Origin: a virus
Taxonomy: Duplodnaviria; Caudoviricetes
Reading direction: 5' to 3' (one strand)
DNA: 64,000 nt
Virus record (IMG/VR): IMGVR_UViG_3300035498_000319
Coordinates: 1-64,000 of that record
Numbering within the stretch: position 1 is the first letter of the stretch; the number at the start of each line of letters is the position of its first letter. A program made the translations under genes and the position numbers. The notes below the pieces were generated by a model that was not told the origin of the DNA, ran no database searches, and saw nothing but the letters and a program-made list of their open reading frames with translations. Shown in pieces: positions 59,288-64,000 of the stretch.

Positions 59288-62167
59288 ATGAAGAAAAATA
59301 ACGCTAGTACAAATGGTAGCAATGACCTCTCTAAATACGAAGAAAGTATTAAGAGCTATGGAAGCAAGATTAAGAAGCTTGAATTCGTAGAAGCAGTTAG
59401 AAGTCTACCAGGAATGTATATAGGCGAGATTGGTAATAATGGATGGAAGTCATGTATTAGAGAGATCGCTCAGAATGCTTTTGATGAAGCTGTAAGAGAA
59501 GATTCTCCATGTAATTATGTCGCTATCCATTTTAGTGAACAAGATCAATCTGCTATAGTATTTGATACTGGTAGAGGAGTTCCGCATGGAAAGATGAAAG
59601 AGATATACTCGGAAGCTCACTCTAGTTCTCATTATGAGAATACAGAGGGGAGTGATTATTCATCCGGCGTCCATGGAGTAGGCGCTGGTGTTGCTATGAG
59701 TCTATCTCAAGATTTTATAGCTACTTCTTATGTACTCGGAGAAGCTCATGAGATAGTATTCCATGAAGGAAAACTTATTAAAGATGAACATAAGATTCCT
59801 TACTCGTCTATTACTCCAAAAGATAGACAAGGAACCACTGTTCAAATGAAACCGGATTTAAGTATCATGGGTCCGGTTAATCTCACTTGTAATGAGATCT
59901 ATTCCATGATAGCAAATATAGTTCCACTCTTACCGATAGGTACTACAGTGGACTTTAAAGGAGAAGATGCCTCTGGCAGATTAGCAATAGATGAAAGAAT
60001 TGTTAATACAGATGGCATCATGTCCTTCTTACAAAGAAGAGTTCGGACTCCATTGATACTTCCTGTCACATTTTCTTGTGATACGAAGATCATGAAAGCC
60101 GAAGCCGCTTTCACTTATGACTCTACCGACTTAACGTCTGCGGAAGATATTATATCTTTCGCTAATTTCACACAGACAACCGGTGGTGGTACTCATGTGT
60201 CTGGTTTCTTAGATGGTCTTTGCACCTATCTGAGAAATTACATGAATAAGATATATCTTAGTGAGAAATCTAAGTTATCTATCACCAGCAATGATATTAA
60301 GACTGGTCTTAAATGTGTGATTAATGTAGACCATATCAACCCGATATTCATGGGTCAGTTCAAAGGAATCTTATCCAATAAAGATATGGAATCCTTTGTA
60401 AAGAAACTGACTATGGATTCATTAGATCAATGGTCTAAGACGAGTCCTGGGGAATTACAGAAGTTATGTAAATTCCTCAAGGAGGTCGGAGAGATCCGAA
60501 TGAAAAGCGAGGGAGAGAAGATAAAGCTCTCCGATAAATATACTTCTAGTAAGATTACTGGAAAACCTAAAGACTATGTACAGCCTTCTGGAAATAAAGG
60601 TCTAGAGTTATTCATAGTCGAAGGTAAATCAGCTAAGGGACCAGCGACATCTGGACGAGATGTTGAACGGCAAGGTGTATTTCCCATTAGAGGAAAATTA
60701 CCGAATGCTTTTAAAGAAAGCAGAGCTAAGTTCTTATCCAATCCTGAAGTTGCTGCAATCATTAGCTTAATCGGCGGAGGATACGGAAGAGATTTTGATA
60801 TCTCTAAAGTGAAATGGGATAAAGTAATATCCTTTGCTGATGCCGATGCGGATAAACCATGGGAGCTGTCCGCCTTATCAGAAATGGTAAGATAATAAAC
60901 TTCTCTAATTGCTGGGAACTCTCTGAGGAGACAATCAGCAGCTAAGCAATATTATATAAAGAAAGGAAGTGATATTGAAAGTTCAACGACTATCGAAAGG
61001 GTAATCAGATGAAAAACTCTGATGAGTAACTAAGTAGAGTAGGATAATAAATCCGAAACGGGAAGCGTCTTACAGGTTAAGCTGAAGATGATGATATAGT
61101 CTATTCCTTATAGCGATATAAGGTATGTAAAAGAATCGAGTAAAGGTTCCCATATTGATTCTTTATTGCTTAGATTCATTCTGATGTATATGCCAGGATT
61201 GATCGAAGCAGGGAAATTCTATAGAGCTGTTCCACCTCTCTATGGAATTAAAGTAGGAAAAACGCAGAAGTATTTCACTTCTACGATTGATTTCACTAAG
61301 TATATTCAGGGTATATTTATGAATAGATTTACTCTGACTGATATTAAGGATAAGAATATTACTAGAGCGCAAGCTACAGGAATCTTCTATAGAAATAGAA
61401 ATTATGTAAGAGATATAGAAATTATCTCTAGTACCTATGCTATAGATCCAGACTTGTTAGAAAGTGTGCTTTATGAGTTAGCTCCATATATAGTTTTAGG
61501 CTCTCGTGAGCTTATCTGTAATATGGCAGCTAGGGCTAAAGCTATGCCCAAAAAGAAGGCTTCTTCTAAGAAGGATAAAGAGACTATTAAGAAAGCTAAG
61601 GGGAATAAGAATATAGCTGTAAATGAAGATGAATTAGATGAGGAAGAAACCTTACTTCCGATTACAGATAATTCAGTACTTCAGCAAGCCGAGTTCTATA
61701 TTAGTCCTGAATTTAGCTTTAGAAAGATGTCTAAGAATCTTAAGAAGAAGTATAGATTCCTTGAGCTAGAAAAGGTAAATGATACTATCTTGCTTAAGGG
61801 TCTAGTAAACTCTAGATATCAATATGTCTTCTTAAATGATAAATTCATTAATAGCTGTGTCGAGCTCTTAAATATTATTAAGAGTAATGACGAGTATTAT
61901 AAGATTGATGGAAATGCAGTGACTATATATGGTCTTATGAAGGCATTTGAAGCCATGCAACCGAGCGGTATTACAAGATATAAAGGTCTAGGTGAACAGA
62001 ATCCGGACCAGCTTGGAGAATCTGCTATGAGGCCAGATGGCTATAGAACTCTTATCCGGTATACAATCGAATCTGCTAAAGAAGAGATTGAGAGTATTAG
62101 AGAAGTAGAGTCTAATATGTATTCTCTACTGAGGGAGCTCAAGGTGGACCGGAGCGAAGTAGAGTAA
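59288..62167 (+). CDS. gyrB: Type IIA topoisomerase B subunit (GyrB-like); exons 59288-60853 and 61145-62167; 862 aa
   Basis: EAVR..PGMYIG, QNAFDE, DTGRGVP, GVHGVG, GGTH, VEGKSA, PIRGK, DADAD/GSHI, PPLY, RYKGLGEQN. Confidence 0.9.
60854..61144 (+). ncRNA. Group I intron 3 in gyrB (ORF-less, 291 nt)
   Basis: P1 GCGGAT with GTCCGC; P10 ATGGGAGCT with exon GGTTCCCAT; P/Q/R/S motifs present. Confidence 0.9.
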
Positions 62168-62337
62168 GAGAAAAGAGGGGTTATCTGCCCCTCTTTTTAT
62201 TTTTCCTATGAAATTGTAAAAGTCAATATTTTCAATTATATATTATATATATAGAAGAAGGAAATAATAATACATAATTCCTTACTTCGACCGTTCAAAT
62301 ATCCACCCATAACCGTAATACACAGGAGGTACTTACA

Positions 62338-62838
62338 ATGTTGAACACTAATACGAGATTCCATGATTTTCAAGGCATGGATATGAGCGGAAAGACTCTG
62401 CACGGCGACTATACAGGAGCGAATCTTAGAGGCGCAAACCTCGCATGTTCCCATCTGGAATGCATGATCTTAAAACTTGCAGTTTTGGAGAATGCGAATC
62501 TTAGAGGAGCTAATCTCGAAGGCGCAGATCTTTCTAGCGCAAGAATGGGAAAGGCGGATCTGCTTAAAGCAAAACTAACAAGCGCTAATTTATTTAGCGC
62601 GGACTTAGCTGATGCGAACCTTTCCTTAGTCGATTTGTCGGCTGCCAATTTAAAATGCGCAAATCTAAAAGGCGCTAATTTGAGAGGTGCAAACCTGAGA
62701 GGCGCAGATCTTTCTAGCGCCGATTTAACAGGTGCTAATTTAACAGGAGCCGATCTGACCGGCGCAAATCTAAAAGGCGCTAAAATCACGAATGCTAAAG
62801 GATTACCTTATCAGAAACCTGTCAAGCACATCTTCTAA
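62338..62838 (+). CDS. Pentapeptide repeat protein
   Basis: More than 20 A(N/D)LxX repeats; early promoter 62237-62246. Confidence 0.9.
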   Translation: MLNTNTRFHDFQGMDMSGKTLHGDYTGANLRGANLACSHLECMILKLAVLENANLRGANLEGADLSSARMGKADLLKAKLTSANLFSADLADANLSLVDLSAANLKCANLKGANLRGANLRGADLSSADLTGANLTGADLTGANLKGAKITNAKGLPYQKPVKHIF

Positions 62839-62853
62839 AAACCATCAAAATAT

Positions 62854-63144
62854 ATGGAGGTACTTGCAATGCTGTTAAATTTCGACAAAACGAAATACGA
62901 CCAGGTTATAAATAATCACTATAATGGCGATCACTTGAGCTTTGCTCAAGATGATCGCAATATCGATAGCTTCGCATTCATTCGTGAGTATGCAAATGCT
63001 CATCCAGGAAGTCTGGAAACGAGCAGTCTGCTCATGATAGGCTATGTAAAAAGTCCGTTATCTGCCCCAGCATGGTGGAGCGATTTTATAGCACAGCTCA
63101 AGAAGAGCTGTGCATCGCAAACACAGATGAAAAACTATTTCTGA
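62854..63144 (+). CDS. Hypothetical protein (likely start 62869)
   Basis: GGAGG before MLLNF. Confidence 0.55.
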   Translation: MEVLAMLLNFDKTKYDQVINNHYNGDHLSFAQDDRNIDSFAFIREYANAHPGSLETSSLLMIGYVKSPLSAPAWWSDFIAQLKKSCASQTQMKNYF

Positions 63145-63148
63145 GGCA

Positions 63149-63186
63149 AATAAAGGGCGGTAATATGCCGCCCTTTATTTTTTTTG
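63149..63186 (+). terminator. Intrinsic terminator
   Basis: AATAAAGGGCGG/CCGCCCTTTATT plus T-tract. Confidence 0.85.
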
Positions 63187-63359
63187 TAATTATTCTAAGA
63201 TACTGATTATTGTCTATTATATATAAATTGTAAAAGTCGAAAATTTCAATTATATATTATATATGTAGAATAGGATATTGATATATCTATTCTCGCCTAG
63301 CAATGGTTAGGTGAAATATTCGACAGGCTCTAGTAAAGGGCCGGAAAGGACATAGTAGT

Positions 63360-63890
63360 ATGAAGGCAACATTTGTATTTTCGAAAAGCGAATTCGAAGG
63401 GATTAAAAAGTCCCTGGATAGTGTGATGAAGGAACCCATCACACTGGGTGGAATCGGGAAACGGAAACTCGAAAACGGCGACATAGCCTTTGATGGCGAC
63501 AATATTACAGTCGCTATCGAAGAACCGGAAGAGGGAATCGTTTCCCTCTCCAAAAAAGCGGCCTGGATTATTGGGACGGTGATCCCGACCGTAAAAGCTG
63601 CAACTGAGACAGTAGTCTCAGCAATCTTTGGCCCCAAGGCCAAAGAGCTGATCGATCGGCTCAAAGAAATCGGGGTCAAGGATGACTTGATCCCCGATCT
63701 TCGGCAGCCGATCGAACAGGCAGTCGACTCAGCTCGTGCAAGCCGAGAGTATACCCGCCGCATATTGGTGGGAGAAAAAATTGGGCAACCTGAAGATATC
63801 GAGATTATTATCTCGACCAACTCTTCCTCGCCCGAATTGGGCAAAATAAAGTTGGACGGGATCGAGAGATCGATCCGCCGTCTGTATTAA
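63360..63890 (+). CDS. Early hypothetical protein, higher GC
   Basis: Early promoter 63251-63260, AAGGA RBS, own terminator. Confidence 0.65.
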   Translation: MKATFVFSKSEFEGIKKSLDSVMKEPITLGGIGKRKLENGDIAFDGDNITVAIEEPEEGIVSLSKKAAWIIGTVIPTVKAATETVVSAIFGPKAKELIDRLKEIGVKDDLIPDLRQPIEQAVDSARASREYTRRILVGEKIGQPEDIEIIISTNSSSPELGKIKLDGIERSIRRLY

Positions 63891-64000
63891 AAGATAAAGG
63901 CGGGCCAATTACCCGCCTTTTCTTTTTTATTATGAATTTATTTTTTCAAACGTAATACAAATAATTAATTGCATATAACGTCTACTCTATATGCTTTTAA

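Noticed and set aside
60854-61166. gyrB as a pseudogene or two independent genes
   Set aside because: The gap is a group I intron, and splicing restores DADAD-GSHI.
581-63844. Many long antisense or overlapping ORFs in the track (e.g. 581..1072, 25270..25923, 41133..41957, 46601..47380, 56996..57925, 63287..63844)
   Set aside because: They shadow genes with good RBS and motifs on the other strand or frame, lack RBSs and have I/F/S/L-rich antisense composition.
1-64000. Phage nucleus genes (chimallin, PhuZ tubulin)
   Set aside because: No tubulin signature or recognisable shell protein in this window; cannot be excluded elsewhere in the genome.

Overview
AT-rich segment of a jumbo myophage genome of the AR9/PBS1-phiKZ type (split multisubunit RNA polymerases). 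Strong AGGAGG Shine-Dalgarno sites point to a Firmicute host. Replication/transcription genes: virion-RNAP beta' subunit, an AR9 gp226-like sigma-type subunit split by two group I introns, GyrB-like topoisomerase split by a third, DnaB helicase, primase, SbcD, RecD/Dda helicase, RusA, PC4-like SSB and dCTP deaminase. Also baseplate/tail and protease-processed head proteins and tRNA-Gly(UCC). Two promoter classes are readable directly: early TATATTAT and late AACA-N6-TA. Most notable: (1) a probable uracil-DNA transcription system; (2) ORF-less introns with an identical shared core, one apparently ending in A instead of G and one carrying a CCA-ended tRNA-like element; (3) several promoter- and terminator-bounded small non-coding RNAs displaying anti-Shine-Dalgarno sequences; (4) a terminal LIDP(M/L/I)xF peptide motif shared by helicase, sigma-like factor and two other proteins; (5) a -1 frameshift in a tail-assembly gene. 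Homology calls come from motifs and recall only; no searches were run.
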